From the NCBI GenBank assembly GCA_963780535.1, contig CAWACS010000011.1, forward strand, positions 6,594-70,593: a stretch of DNA of 64,000 nt. The letters run 5' to 3'. The notes beneath the pieces were generated by a model that did not search any database, was not told where the DNA came from, and saw only the letters and a list, made by a program, of their open reading frames with translations. Origin of the DNA: an uncultured Verrucomicrobiae bacterium. Its GTDB lineage: Bacteria > Verrucomicrobiota > Verrucomicrobiia > Limisphaerales > UBA11358. This document shows, in pieces, positions 36,360 through 45,304 of the stretch. Position 1 is the stretch's first letter. Every line of letters begins with the position of its first letter. A program made the position numbers and the translations under genes.

Positions 36360-37250
36360 GTGAAGCACACGGCCACAACCAAACCAACATCTTTCGCGGA
36401 CTACAAGCCCGATGCGAGGAATTGGATTACGCTCGCAACTGGCGAATATTATCCCGACATCCTCAAGGACGCATGCGAATTATACAAACCGGTTTTGGTT
36501 CTGTTTGGCCAGCTTTTGAAGTCGTCTGAATCTTCCACCCGCTTGTTCATGCAAATTGCCGATCAATCCGACGGTTGGATGCGTGTCCAGCTGGCGCGGG
36601 TCTTTCGGAAATACGTCAGCCCCGAAACGCCGGTGGAAATGTTGAAGCTGAAATCCAAAGCCAAAACAATTTGCGACCAGTTCGGCAAAGGTTTTCGCCC
36701 CATTCAAAAAGTTCAAGCGGCGTTCACCTCGCGACCGTTGCCTGACGAGGCTCTGTGCGCTGTTCTATGGGAATACAAAGACCGGGGCAAGAAAGGTTAC
36801 GACCTCACCGAGAGATTCTTCTCTTTGTTCCGCTCCACGTTCCCCAATTTACACATCAAAGGCCCGGAGCGCGCCGGCAAGGATGTTTTGCTGGGTGAGG
36901 TTTTTGAAAAATATCCGAAACCTGACCGTCCGGTTGATTTTGTAATCTACGACGCCAAAGAGAAAGAAGTGCTGGCAATCGGTTTGGCTCGCTATGATTC
37001 CGATCGGGGTGGCGCTCAGGAAGATGACCGCACTGGAGGCTATCAAAATTGTGCCGATGAGATTCTGAACTACGCGAAGAAACGTCATTTTCGCACAAAA
37101 GTCATCTTCGTTAATGACGGACCGGGACTTTTGCTCGGCTCGATGTGGAATGACTATGCACATTTGGAGCGCAGCCGTCCGGGAAAAATTCTTGTCGCCA
37201 CTTTGCGAATGATCCCGGAGCGAATCACACGCGAGTGGTTGTTTTCCTAA
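36360..37250 (+). CDS. Restriction-endonuclease-like protein (architecture reminiscent of the DpnII/MboI family; catalytic motif unclear)
   Basis: 296 aa with a GTG start. RGKKGYDLTERFF ... RPVDFVIYDAKEKEVLAIGLARYDSDRGGAQED ... KVIFVNDGPGL parallels the RKNRxG...FDFVI...IExN.Y.SGGSKLNE...FVWITDGQGW layout I recall for that family. It ends 8 nt before the methylase gene. Confidence 0.55.
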   Translation: MKHTATTKPTSFADYKPDARNWITLATGEYYPDILKDACELYKPVLVLFGQLLKSSESSTRLFMQIADQSDGWMRVQLARVFRKYVSPETPVEMLKLKSKAKTICDQFGKGFRPIQKVQAAFTSRPLPDEALCAVLWEYKDRGKKGYDLTERFFSLFRSTFPNLHIKGPERAGKDVLLGEVFEKYPKPDRPVDFVIYDAKEKEVLAIGLARYDSDRGGAQEDDRTGGYQNCADEILNYAKKRHFRTKVIFVNDGPGLLLGSMWNDYAHLERSRPGKILVATLRMIPERITREWLFS

Positions 37251-37257
37251 ATCTCTT

Positions 37258-38754
37258 ATGGCGACCGGAATTCCCAGAACCAGATGGCAAAGCGCGCTAC
37301 ATGCAGTTGCAACAAATGGCAACACTGCGGGCAACACCGATGTCCGGCTCGATTACGAAGGGAAAAAAACAGAGCGCGAAATCCTGCTAACACCAATGGT
37401 GAATTGCCATCAACTTTGGCCAGAGGCTCGAAATGGCGATACCAATCGTCTTTACTGCAGTGACAATCTGCCGATTCTAGCCACGCTGGCAAAAGACCCA
37501 TCCATCAGTGGCAAGGTGCGGCTGGTTTACATTGACCCGCCCTATGCTACCAAGAGCGTCTTTCAATCGCGCAATCAAGCCGACGCCTACATGGATTTGT
37601 TGGAAGGTGCACACTATCTAGAGTTTCTCCGAGAGCGGCTGATTCTTTTGCGTGAATTGCTGGCCGATGATGGCTCGATTTATGTCCATCTCGACAACAA
37701 CATGGCTTTTCATGCCAAAGCCATCATGGACGAGGTGTTTGGACGGGCCAATTTTCGGAGTTGGATCACGCGCAAGAAATGCAACCCGAAGAATTACACG
37801 AGGAAAACTTACGGCAATGTGGCCGACTACATTCTTTTTTATACAAAAAGTGAAAACTATGTCTGGCATCGTCCGGTTGATTCGTGGACGGAAGACCGGG
37901 CGAACAAAGAATATCAGTATGTCGAAGCAGACACAGGTCGCCGCTACAAGAAAGTTCCCGTTCATGCGCCGGGGGTTCGCAATGGAGAGACCGGCCTGCC
38001 GTGGCGCGGAATGAAGCCGCCACCCGGCAAGCATTGGCAATATCCGCCGCGTGTCCTTGATGAAATGGACGCGCGTGGCGAAATTTATTGGTCGCCTACG
38101 GGAAATCCGCGCCGGAAAATCTACCTTGATGAAAGCGCTGGCGTGGCCGTGCAAGACATTTGGCTGGATTACCGCGACGCCCACAACCAAAACATCGCAA
38201 TTTCCGGTTATCCGACGGAAAAGAATTCCAGTCTCCTGACCCGAATCATCGAGGCTTCATCCAACAAAGGCGATATTGTATTGGATTGCTTTTCCGGTTC
38301 GGGAACCACGCTGAATGTTGCTTCACATCTTGGCCGGCGTTGGATTGGTGTGGACAACAGCCGTGAGGCCATTGCTGCCACGCTCCGCCGTTTTGGCAAG
38401 GGGCTTGAACTCATGGGCGATTTTGTCAACAAACCTTCCTTCGCAAACGAGGAAGAGGCATCTTCAACCATTCTTCCACTTTTCCAAACGAACAATTTAC
38501 AGAAACCGGTGCCGAAGGTTCGCAATCAACATCAAGTCATCAAAGACTTCACTTTGTTTGTCCAGGAACCTTACCGGGGTGAATTTCACGATTTGCTCGA
38601 GCTGTGGATGAGGTGGACGAGCGAAGCACAAATTCTCCGACTTGCCGAGGCGCCGCCACCTTACGGAAATCGAACAACGAAGAAGCGCGTAATAAAAAAA
38701 AACAAGGGTGGAAAAACCACAAAGTATATTATTCGCCGCCAGCATGGGCATTGA
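37258..38754 (+). CDS. Beta-class (Type III Mod-like) N6-adenine/N4-cytosine DNA methyltransferase
   Basis: RLDYEGKK...[15 protein letters not shown]...[15 protein letters not shown] (motif IV) comes ~250 aa before [17 protein letters not shown] (motif I). The [37 protein letters not shown] block is present. The stop codon lies inside the right lysS repeat. Confidence 0.85.
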   Translation: MATGIPRTRWQSALHAVATNGNTAGNTDVRLDYEGKKTEREILLTPMVNCHQLWPEARNGDTNRLYCSDNLPILATLAKDPSISGKVRLVYIDPPYATKSVFQSRNQADAYMDLLEGAHYLEFLRERLILLRELLADDGSIYVHLDNNMAFHAKAIMDEVFGRANFRSWITRKKCNPKNYTRKTYGNVADYILFYTKSENYVWHRPVDSWTEDRANKEYQYVEADTGRRYKKVPVHAPGVRNGETGLPWRGMKPPPGKHWQYPPRVLDEMDARGEIYWSPTGNPRRKIYLDESAGVAVQDIWLDYRDAHNQNIAISGYPTEKNSSLLTRIIEASSNKGDIVLDCFSGSGTTLNVASHLGRRWIGVDNSREAIAATLRRFGKGLELMGDFVNKPSFANEEEASSTILPLFQTNNLQKPVPKVRNQHQVIKDFTLFVQEPYRGEFHDLLELWMRWTSEAQILRLAEAPPPYGNRTTKKRVIKKNKGGKTTKYIIRRQHGH

Positions 38755-38830
38755 CCGTTTGTGCATGATGCTGTTCGGCCAGGGAAGCATCCGCGATGTA
38801 ATCCTGTTCCCACAATTAAAGCCCAAGTAA
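38744..38830 (+). repeat. Direct repeat, right copy: a displaced lysS 3' end with an intact 28-codon frame but no gene body
   Basis: It encodes [28 protein letters not shown], versus ...[19 protein letters not shown] at the real lysS end. Confidence 0.9.
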
Positions 38831-38836
38831 AGGTAG

Positions 38837-38857
38837 GGACGCCGTGCCACGGCGTCC
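38837..38857. terminator. GC-rich hairpin of the GTAGGG family between the lysS remnant and lpxD (possible bidirectional terminator)
   Basis: ggacgccg-tgcca-cggcgtcc forms a perfect 8-bp stem and is preceded by aggtagg. There is no U-tract. Confidence 0.35.
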
Positions 38858-38879
38858 GCAGACAGCCAGCCCTGCCAAA

Positions 38880-39911
38880 CTATTTTTTGCCGTGCTTTGA
38901 TTTCGCGGCGACTTTCTTTTCCAGTTTGGTCACGCGTCTGAGCAGTTCGGGGAGATGCTGGTAGGCAATCATCTGGCGCTTGGCCTGTTTGTCCGGCTGG
39001 GCGGGAATGCCCAGCCATTTCTCGCCGTCCGGAATGTCGCGCATTACGCCGGCTTTACCGGTGATGACAACCTGATTGCCGATTTTCAAGTGCCCGGCGA
39101 TGCCGGATTGTCCGGCCAGCACGACATAATTTCCCAGTTTTGAACTGCCGGCAATGCCGGACTGTGCGATCAGCAGGCAGCCTTCGCCGATTTCGACGTT
39201 GTGCGCGATTTGCACGAGGTTGTCAATTTTCGTGCCCTTGCCGATGACCGTCGAGTCGAGCGCGGCGCGGTCAATGGTCACCCCCGCGCCGATTTCCACG
39301 TCGTCGCCAATGACGACCTTGCCAATCTGAGGCACTTTGAGGTGGATACGGCCATCCTGCACGTAACCAAAGCCGTCCGAGCCCACCACGGTGTTGGCGT
39401 GAATGCGGACGCGCCGGCCGATTTCCGTGCGCGGATAAACCGTCACGTTCGGGAACAGATTTACGTCATCGCCCAGTTTGGAATCGTCGCCGATGAAATT
39501 GCCGCCCTGTAAAACGGTTCGGGCGCCGAGATGCACGCGCTCGCCAATCACGCAATACGGACCGATGTGTGCGCTGGGATCAATGGTTACATCGGCGGCG
39601 ATGATGGCGGTGGGATGAATACCGGCGGCGAAGGTTCGTTCCGGAAAAAACAATGCGAGGGCCTTGGCGAAGGCGACACGGGGATTTGACACCCGAATCA
39701 GGATTTTTTTCGTCGAGAAAAAGCGTTTATCCGCGATGATGGCGGTCGCGGCGCTCGTTTCGGCGCGTCTGAAGAAATCCTCGTTTTCAGCAAAAGTGAG
39801 GTCACCCGGCTTGGCGGAGCCGGCTTGGGCAAAACCGTTGAGGGTGGCTGAAGCATCGCCAAGCACTTCACCTTCAATATGTTTCGCTATTTCTGCGGTG
39901 GTAAAGGCCAT
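38880..39911 (-). CDS. lpxD: UDP-3-O-acylglucosamine N-acyltransferase LpxD
   Basis: MAFTTAEIAKHIEGEVLGD N-terminal domain, then long left-handed beta-helix hexapeptide repeats. An alternative start lies at 39938. Confidence 0.9.
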   Translation of the reverse strand: MAFTTAEIAKHIEGEVLGDASATLNGFAQAGSAKPGDLTFAENEDFFRRAETSAATAIIADKRFFSTKKILIRVSNPRVAFAKALALFFPERTFAAGIHPTAIIAADVTIDPSAHIGPYCVIGERVHLGARTVLQGGNFIGDDSKLGDDVNLFPNVTVYPRTEIGRRVRIHANTVVGSDGFGYVQDGRIHLKVPQIGKVVIGDDVEIGAGVTIDRAALDSTVIGKGTKIDNLVQIAHNVEIGEGCLLIAQSGIAGSSKLGNYVVLAGQSGIAGHLKIGNQVVITGKAGVMRDIPDGEKWLGIPAQPDKQAKRQMIAYQHLPELLRRVTKLEKKVAAKSKHGKK

Positions 39912-39975
39912 TTGGTTGACTTGTCTGTCGCGGCTCACTATAAAGACGCGCGTACCCAGTTCAACCCCAACTTTT

Positions 39976-41124
39976 ATGGCGAGAACTATTCGCGTCGGGC
40001 TGATCGGCTACCGCTTCATGGGCCGGGCGCACTCGAACGCCTGGCGGCAGGCGCCCCGCTTCTTCAATCTCAAGGCCAATATTGAATTGCACACCCTTTG
40101 CGGGCGCAACCCCGCCGGGGTGCAGGCGGCCCGGGCGCAACTCGGCTGGCAAAATGCCGCGACCGACTGGCGCGAGGTGGTCGAGTCGCCGTTGATCGAC
40201 ATTGTGGACATCGGCGCGCCGAATGATTTGCACGCGGAAATCGCCATCGCCGCGGCGCGCAACGGGAAACACATTTTATGCGAGAAGCCGCTGGCGTTGA
40301 ATGTGAAGCAGGCCGAGGCGATGCTGGCCGCCGCGCAAAAGGCCAGGGTCGTCCATATGATCTGCCACAATTACCGGCGCATCCCCGCGCTGGCGCTGGC
40401 GAAGAAAATGATCGGCGAGGGCGCCTTGGGAAAACTGTTTCATTTCCATGCGCGTTACGCGCAGGACTGGCTGGTGGACCCGGAATTTCCCATCAACTGG
40501 CGGCTGCAAAAGGAAACCAGCGGCAGCGGCGCCAACGGCGACATCCACGCGCACATCATTGATTTGGGGCGTTATCTGGTCGGTGAATTTCAGGCGGTTT
40601 GCGGTTTGCTCCACACGTTTGTGGCGGAGCGGCCGCTCGCGGCGGTCCCGCAACGCGGGAGCACGCGCAAAATGGGCAAGGTGACGGTGGATGATGCGGC
40701 GCTGCTCATTGGGCGGATGGACCATGGCGTGCTGGCGAATCTGGAAGCCACGCGCGTCGCGGCCGGGCGGAAAAATCACATCGCTCTCGAAATCAACGGC
40801 AGCCAGGGTTCGCTTTATTTTGATTTCGAAGACATGAACCGTTTGAAATACTTCAACGGCGACGACCCAAAGGACCGGCAGGGTTTCCGGGACATCCTGG
40901 TCACCGAACGGGGGGGAGTCCATCCGTACGCGGGCAACTGGTGGCCGCCGGGGCACCTGATTGGCTACGAACATACCTTTATCCACACGATTGCGGATTT
41001 TGTGAACGCGTGCGTGGAAGGCAAGCCGGTGCAACCGACCTTTGAAGACGGCGTGAAAAATCAGCGGGTGCTGGCGGCGGTCGAGGAATCCCAGCAAAAG
41101 GGCCGGTGGGTGAGGCTGGTTTGA
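39976..41124 (+). CDS. Gfo/Idh/MocA family oxidoreductase
   Basis: MARTIRVGLIGYRFMGRAHSNAW Rossmann N-terminus and EKPLALN. The track start at 39664 overlaps lpxD and is spurious. Confidence 0.85.
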   Translation: MARTIRVGLIGYRFMGRAHSNAWRQAPRFFNLKANIELHTLCGRNPAGVQAARAQLGWQNAATDWREVVESPLIDIVDIGAPNDLHAEIAIAAARNGKHILCEKPLALNVKQAEAMLAAAQKARVVHMICHNYRRIPALALAKKMIGEGALGKLFHFHARYAQDWLVDPEFPINWRLQKETSGSGANGDIHAHIIDLGRYLVGEFQAVCGLLHTFVAERPLAAVPQRGSTRKMGKVTVDDAALLIGRMDHGVLANLEATRVAAGRKNHIALEINGSQGSLYFDFEDMNRLKYFNGDDPKDRQGFRDILVTERGGVHPYAGNWWPPGHLIGYEHTFIHTIADFVNACVEGKPVQPTFEDGVKNQRVLAAVEESQQKGRWVRLV

Positions 41125-41191
41125 GATGACCGCGGTAATTTGACTTGCCCAATCGTGTGCAGGCGCGTATTGAAGAGGCTGTAGTTCCTTT

Positions 41192-41276
41192 GCCCGCGTG
41201 GCGGAATTGGCAGACGCGCTAGATTCAGGTTCTAGTGAGTAACATCGTACAGGTTCAAGTCCTGTCGCGGGCACCA
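41192..41276 (+). tRNA. tRNA-Leu (anticodon CAG), CCA encoded
   Basis: Folded by hand. Acceptor GCCCGCG/CGCGGGC, anticodon stem CTAGA/TCTAG with loop TTCAGGT, a long variable arm, and T-arm ACAGG-TTCAAGT-CCTGT. Confidence 0.93.
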
Positions 41277-41386
41277 AACGTTGGAGTGCGACGGGGGATG
41301 CCGGTTAACCTTTTAATCCGGCGGTTATAATTGCTGGAAATCAATTAGACACTGAAACCGGTACCATCTAATCTCGCTGGCAAAGC

Positions 41387-41833
41387 ATGAAAGTTCTGTT
41401 TCTAAACGGGCCGAATTTGAACTTGCTGGGGCAGCGTGAACCGGACGTGTACGGGCGCGCAACGTTGGCTGATATCGAGGCCAAAGTCCGCAATCAAGCC
41501 GGAAACCTGGGCGTTGAGGTGGACTTCAGGCAGACCAATGTGGAAGGGGAATTGGTGGATTGGATTCAAGAGGCAAAGGGGAAATTCGACGTGATCGTCC
41601 TTAACGCCGCCGCGTACACGCATACGAGCATTGCGCTCAGAGACGCCATTGCTGCAGTGGGGATTCCAACCATAGAAATTCATCTTTCAAACATTCATGC
41701 CCGGGAGGAGTTCAGGCATAAATCACTCATTGCACCAGTTTGTTGGGGGCAAATATCCGGATTTGGCCAAAAATCATATTTGTTGGCATTGGAAGCTTCC
41801 GTTGACGTTAACGAACTAAAAAAACACTTGTAA
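41387..41833 (+). CDS. aroQ: Type II 3-dehydroquinate dehydratase
   Basis: [23 protein letters not shown] and [16 protein letters not shown]. Confidence 0.95.
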   Translation: MKVLFLNGPNLNLLGQREPDVYGRATLADIEAKVRNQAGNLGVEVDFRQTNVEGELVDWIQEAKGKFDVIVLNAAAYTHTSIALRDAIAAVGIPTIEIHLSNIHAREEFRHKSLIAPVCWGQISGFGQKSYLLALEASVDVNELKKHL

Positions 41834-42015
41834 TAGAGTGTTATTGCGTCCATTTTTGGCTTATTCAATTTGCTTTTTGTTTCTTGACGTTGGTGACATT
41901 CAACTATAATATGTTTCAAATTCGTAACAGATTTAAGCAGAGTCGTAACCCGGCTACTGCTTTTTTGATTATAGCTCAAAATGTGGTTTTGGAAGAACTT
42001 TAACGAAATCGAAAC

Positions 42016-42486
42016 GTGGATCTAAAAGATATTAAGGCCATAATCGACCTGATGAAGAAGAACTCCATTACGGAGTTTGAGTTGGAAAGGCAGGATTCCA
42101 AGATCAGGTTGAAAAGAGGAACCAACGGAACAGTTGCTCCGGCTATTCAGTATGATGATTCAGCATCTCTTACGGCAGGTCAGCCTGCGGTTTCGGCCAC
42201 TCCTGCGGTTCCCGCCGGAGGGAGCCCGGCTCCGGCGGCCACGGGCGAAGTTGAAATCAAATCTCCAATGATTGGGACTTTTTATCGATCACCATCCCCG
42301 GAAGCCCACAGTTACGTCGAGATTGGTACCGAGGTCAACCCGGACAGCGTCGTTTGCATTATTGAGGCAATGAAGGTGATGAACGAAATCAAAGCGGAGG
42401 CCAAAGGTGTTATTACCCAGGTTTTGGTGGAAAATGCCAAACCGGTGGAATTTGGCCAGCCGCTGTTCAAAATCCGTCCGACCTGA
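42016..42486 (+). CDS. accB: Acetyl-CoA carboxylase biotin carboxyl carrier protein
   Basis: GTG start. MDLKDIKAIIDLMKKNSITEFELE, a Pro/Ala linker, and the biotinylation motif EAMKVMNEI. Confidence 0.9.
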   Translation: MDLKDIKAIIDLMKKNSITEFELERQDSKIRLKRGTNGTVAPAIQYDDSASLTAGQPAVSATPAVPAGGSPAPAATGEVEIKSPMIGTFYRSPSPEAHSYVEIGTEVNPDSVVCIIEAMKVMNEIKAEAKGVITQVLVENAKPVEFGQPLFKIRPT

Positions 42487-42529
42487 AACCGCCGCGCGTT
42501 TGAAACTTTTTCTATTTCGCTGAAAGTCC

Positions 42530-43912
42530 ATGTTCGAAAAAATTCTGGTCGCCAATCGCGGTGAAATTGCCGTTCGGATTATTCGTGCCTGCAAGGAGTT
42601 GAATATCCGGACGGTGGCGGTTTATTCCGAGGCGGATGCCAACTCCATGCACGTGCAACTGGCCGACGAGGCCATCTGCATTGGCGGACCGCCCGCGTCG
42701 GAAAGCTATCTGCGGATTGACCGGATTATCAGCGCGGCGGAAATCACGGACGTGGATGCGATTCATCCCGGTTACGGTTTTCTTTCCGAGAACACGCACT
42801 TTGCCGAGGTTTGCGACAGTTGCAACATCCGTTTCATCGGTCCCAGCCCGCGCGCCATGCAATCATTGGCGGACAAGGCCATCAGCCGGCTGTTGGCCAA
42901 AAAGGTGGGGGTTCCCACCCCGCCGGGATCGGAAGGCACCGTCGAAAAGGAGCAGGAGGCCCTGGCGGTTGCCAAACGCATCGGTTATCCGGTAATGATC
43001 AAGGCGGTGGCGGGTGGCGGCGGACGTGGCATGCGTGTGGCGCACAATGACATCTCCCTTGTAAAGGGCTATCACACAGCCCGTTCCGAAGCGGAGAAGG
43101 CATTTGGCAATTCCGGCGTTTACATCGAGAAGTACATTGAGAATCCGCATCACATCGAGATTCAGGTGCTGGGCGACAACAAGGGGCACATCATTCATCT
43201 GGGTGAACGGGATTGTTCCATTCAGCGCCGAAACCAGAAAGTCGTGGAAGAGGCGCCGTCGCCATTGTTGGAACACAAGTTCCGCAAGTTACGGGACAAA
43301 ATCGGCAAGGCGGCCGTCAAAATCGCCGAGGCGGCGCGTTACACCAGTGCCGGCACGGTCGAATTCATCGTGGACAACCTGGGCAGTTACTATTTCCTTG
43401 AATTCAACAAACGGATCCAGGTGGAGCATCCCGTCACCGAAGAGGTGACGGGCATAGATCTGGTGCGTTATCAAATCTTGCTGGCGATGGGTGAGCCGTT
43501 GCAGCACTCGCAAAGCGACATTCAAATCAAGGGTCACGCCATCGAATGCCGCATCAACGCGGAAGATCCCTTTGATGATTTTCGGCCCAGCCCCGGCCGC
43601 ATCGAGATGTATTTTCAACCCGGCGGCCGCGGTGTGCGCGTGGACACGCATGCTTACGCCGGCTACACCATCCCCTCGATGTATGATTCCATGATTGGCA
43701 AGCTGATCACAACCGGCAATGACCGGCGGGAAGCCATGGATCGCATGAATCGCGCGCTGTCGGAATATATGATTACGGGCATCAAGAACAATGTTTCCTT
43801 CCAACAGGCCATCATGCAGGACCCCAATTTCCGGCGCGGCGTTTATTCGACCAGTTTTATCGAACAATTGCTCGGCGGCGCCCGGCGGGAATTGATCGAT
43901 GAAAAGGCCTAG
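42530..43912 (+). CDS. accC: Acetyl-CoA carboxylase biotin carboxylase subunit
   Basis: [45 protein letters not shown] and [12 protein letters not shown]. Confidence 0.95.
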   Translation: MFEKILVANRGEIAVRIIRACKELNIRTVAVYSEADANSMHVQLADEAICIGGPPASESYLRIDRIISAAEITDVDAIHPGYGFLSENTHFAEVCDSCNIRFIGPSPRAMQSLADKAISRLLAKKVGVPTPPGSEGTVEKEQEALAVAKRIGYPVMIKAVAGGGGRGMRVAHNDISLVKGYHTARSEAEKAFGNSGVYIEKYIENPHHIEIQVLGDNKGHIIHLGERDCSIQRRNQKVVEEAPSPLLEHKFRKLRDKIGKAAVKIAEAARYTSAGTVEFIVDNLGSYYFLEFNKRIQVEHPVTEEVTGIDLVRYQILLAMGEPLQHSQSDIQIKGHAIECRINAEDPFDDFRPSPGRIEMYFQPGGRGVRVDTHAYAGYTIPSMYDSMIGKLITTGNDRREAMDRMNRALSEYMITGIKNNVSFQQAIMQDPNFRRGVYSTSFIEQLLGGARRELIDEKA

Positions 43913-44083
43913 AGTCTTCCACTTTTGTTGACTGTTCCGGTGCGTTCATGTTGGAAATCACCGCCTCGTTCAAAGATGAACGTTGCCGGTGTCAACCAGA
44001 CAGGTTGTCCGCAACGATGGACAAGAAAGTGACATTCCGTGAGCCTGCCGGTGCAGCCCTCCCACGTGATTCCTTGAACGGGG

Positions 44084-44347
44084 TTGTGTATTATAAACCC
44101 AAACCCAACCAGACTGATTGCCGGCAACCTCTCATATCAAACCGCGGAAAACGACCTGCGGCTTATCTTTGCCCAGGCGCGTGCGGTAACCTCGGTCAAT
44201 CTTATGCCGGATAAGGCCACCGGTATATCACGCGGTTTTGGGTTTGGGGAATTTGCCGACGCCGAAGCGGCACAGCGTGCCATTGACCAATTCCATGACC
44301 AGGAGTTTCAAAGGCGGCCGCTTACCGCCAACATCGCCCGTCCGTGA
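44084..44347 (+). CDS. Small RRM-type RNA-binding protein (start codon uncertain, RNP motifs degenerate)
   Basis: LIAGNLSYQTAENDL (RNP2-like) and SRGFGFGEF (RNP1-like). The only in-frame starts upstream are a TTG at 44084 or non-canonical ATT/ATA codons. Confidence 0.5.
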   Translation: MCIINPNPTRLIAGNLSYQTAENDLRLIFAQARAVTSVNLMPDKATGISRGFGFGEFADAEAAQRAIDQFHDQEFQRRPLTANIARP

Positions 44348-44526
44348 GCGGACCGCGCCCCGGCGGGTGGAGCAACCACGGGGAACAGCGTGGCGGGCAT
44401 CGCGAACGGCCTTGATGTCATCGGGCCGCTCCCGCGCCGGATCGGCAATGTCCAATCGCCGGTTTTTTGAATAAGGGTTTGACACCCGCCGGAAGCCGTT
44501 TATCTTTGGCGGACAAAGACACGATT

Positions 44527-44922
44527 ATGGCTGAGACACCTCCGAATATTCCTCCGGGTGCTGTGCTGCCGCCGAAAAAAGAGACCGGCAAAGTTCAGCC
44601 CAAAAAAGAAACCGTCCGCATCAATTTGCCGCCCAAGCCCTCGGCCGCGCCGACCATCAAATTGCCGACGCTGCCGCCCGGTGGCCCGACCGGTGCGCCC
44701 TCCGCCATACCGGCTCCGACCCCGGCTCCGCAGCCGGCGTCGCGCGCGGTGGCTGCCTCGGCCGCACCCCTTTCCCAGGCGCGTCCCGCCGCCGCGCCGC
44801 GGCCCATGCCTGTGGCGCCGGCCCTGAGCGGGTTGGACCAAATGCTCGCCCTGGCGGCCGGTGCGGCCGGATTGTTTGCCGTTGGCACGGTCATCTGGAT
44901 GATGCTTATTCCGACCACTTGA
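44527..44922 (+). CDS. Pro/Ala-rich protein with a C-terminal transmembrane helix
   Basis: MAETPPNIPPGAV... is followed by a long P/A-rich tract and ends in LALAAGAAGLFAVGTVIWMMLIPTT. Confidence 0.45.
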   Translation: MAETPPNIPPGAVLPPKKETGKVQPKKETVRINLPPKPSAAPTIKLPTLPPGGPTGAPSAIPAPTPAPQPASRAVAASAAPLSQARPAAAPRPMPVAPALSGLDQMLALAAGAAGLFAVGTVIWMMLIPTT

Positions 44923-44965
44923 GTTTTTAAAAGTTGTTCAAACACCCTGAATTCGTTTTTGACGT

Positions 44966-45298
44966 ATGGCTTCCCCGCTTATAGTCACGCTCACGCAGGA
45001 AAATTTCGCCCAACAGGTTTTGCAGTCGACCGCGCCCGTGCTCGTGGATTTCTGGGCCGAATGGTGCGGTCCGTGCAAGATGATCGCGCCGTTGCTGGAT
45101 GAACTGGCCGATGAGTACGATGGCAAGGTGAAAATTGGCAAGGTCAACGTGGACGAACAACAGTCACTGGCCGCCGAATATGGCATCCGTGCCATCCCCA
45201 CACTGCTCGTTTTCCACAACGGTCAGGTGGCCGACCAGATCGTCGGCGCGCGCAGCAAGCGCGACTTCAAGGCCAGCCTCGATCGCGTCACGGTTTGA
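44966..45298 (+). CDS. trxA: Thioredoxin
   Basis: [18 protein letters not shown] active site. 110 aa. Confidence 0.95.
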   Translation: MASPLIVTLTQENFAQQVLQSTAPVLVDFWAEWCGPCKMIAPLLDELADEYDGKVKIGKVNVDEQQSLAAEYGIRAIPTLLVFHNGQVADQIVGARSKRDFKASLDRVTV

Positions 45299-45304
45299 GG
45301 GCGT

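Larger units (their letters stand above)
35295..38743. mobile_element. Integrated ~3.45-kb low-GC islet carrying three same-strand genes, with no integrase
   Basis: It is bracketed by the 87-bp lysS-tail direct repeats. Hand-sampled GC is ~43-47%, against ~58% in lysS. The gene content is described below. Confidence 0.7.

Noticed and set aside
35295-38743. Interpreting the lysS insert as an ordinary integrase-borne genomic island or prophage remnant.
   Set aside because: No recombinase, excisionase or phage genes lie within or adjacent to it. Only the att-like direct repeats support mobility, so it is reported as a cassette of unknown mobilisation mechanism.
39664-39975. The N-terminal 104 codons of the track ORF for the Gfo/Idh/MocA oxidoreductase.
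   Set aside because: This part overlaps lpxD on the opposite strand. The Rossmann-fold N-terminus MARTIRVGLIGYRFMG begins at 39976.
41884-41910. A sigma-70-like promoter (TTGACG ... TATAAT) upstream of accB.
   Set aside because: The spacer between the hexamers is only 15 nt by my count, and promoter consensus in this phylum is uncertain. Support is too weak to list it as a feature.
43948-44214. An 88-aa ORF overlapping the start of the RRM gene.
   Set aside because: It has no motif and an odd composition, and it overlaps the better-supported RRM reading frame.
44560-44830. An apparent repetitive DNA stretch in the Pro/Ala-rich gene.
   Set aside because: The bias is compositional (CCG/GCC-rich codons for P/A) with no defined repeat unit. 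It is not a tandem repeat or CRISPR-like array.
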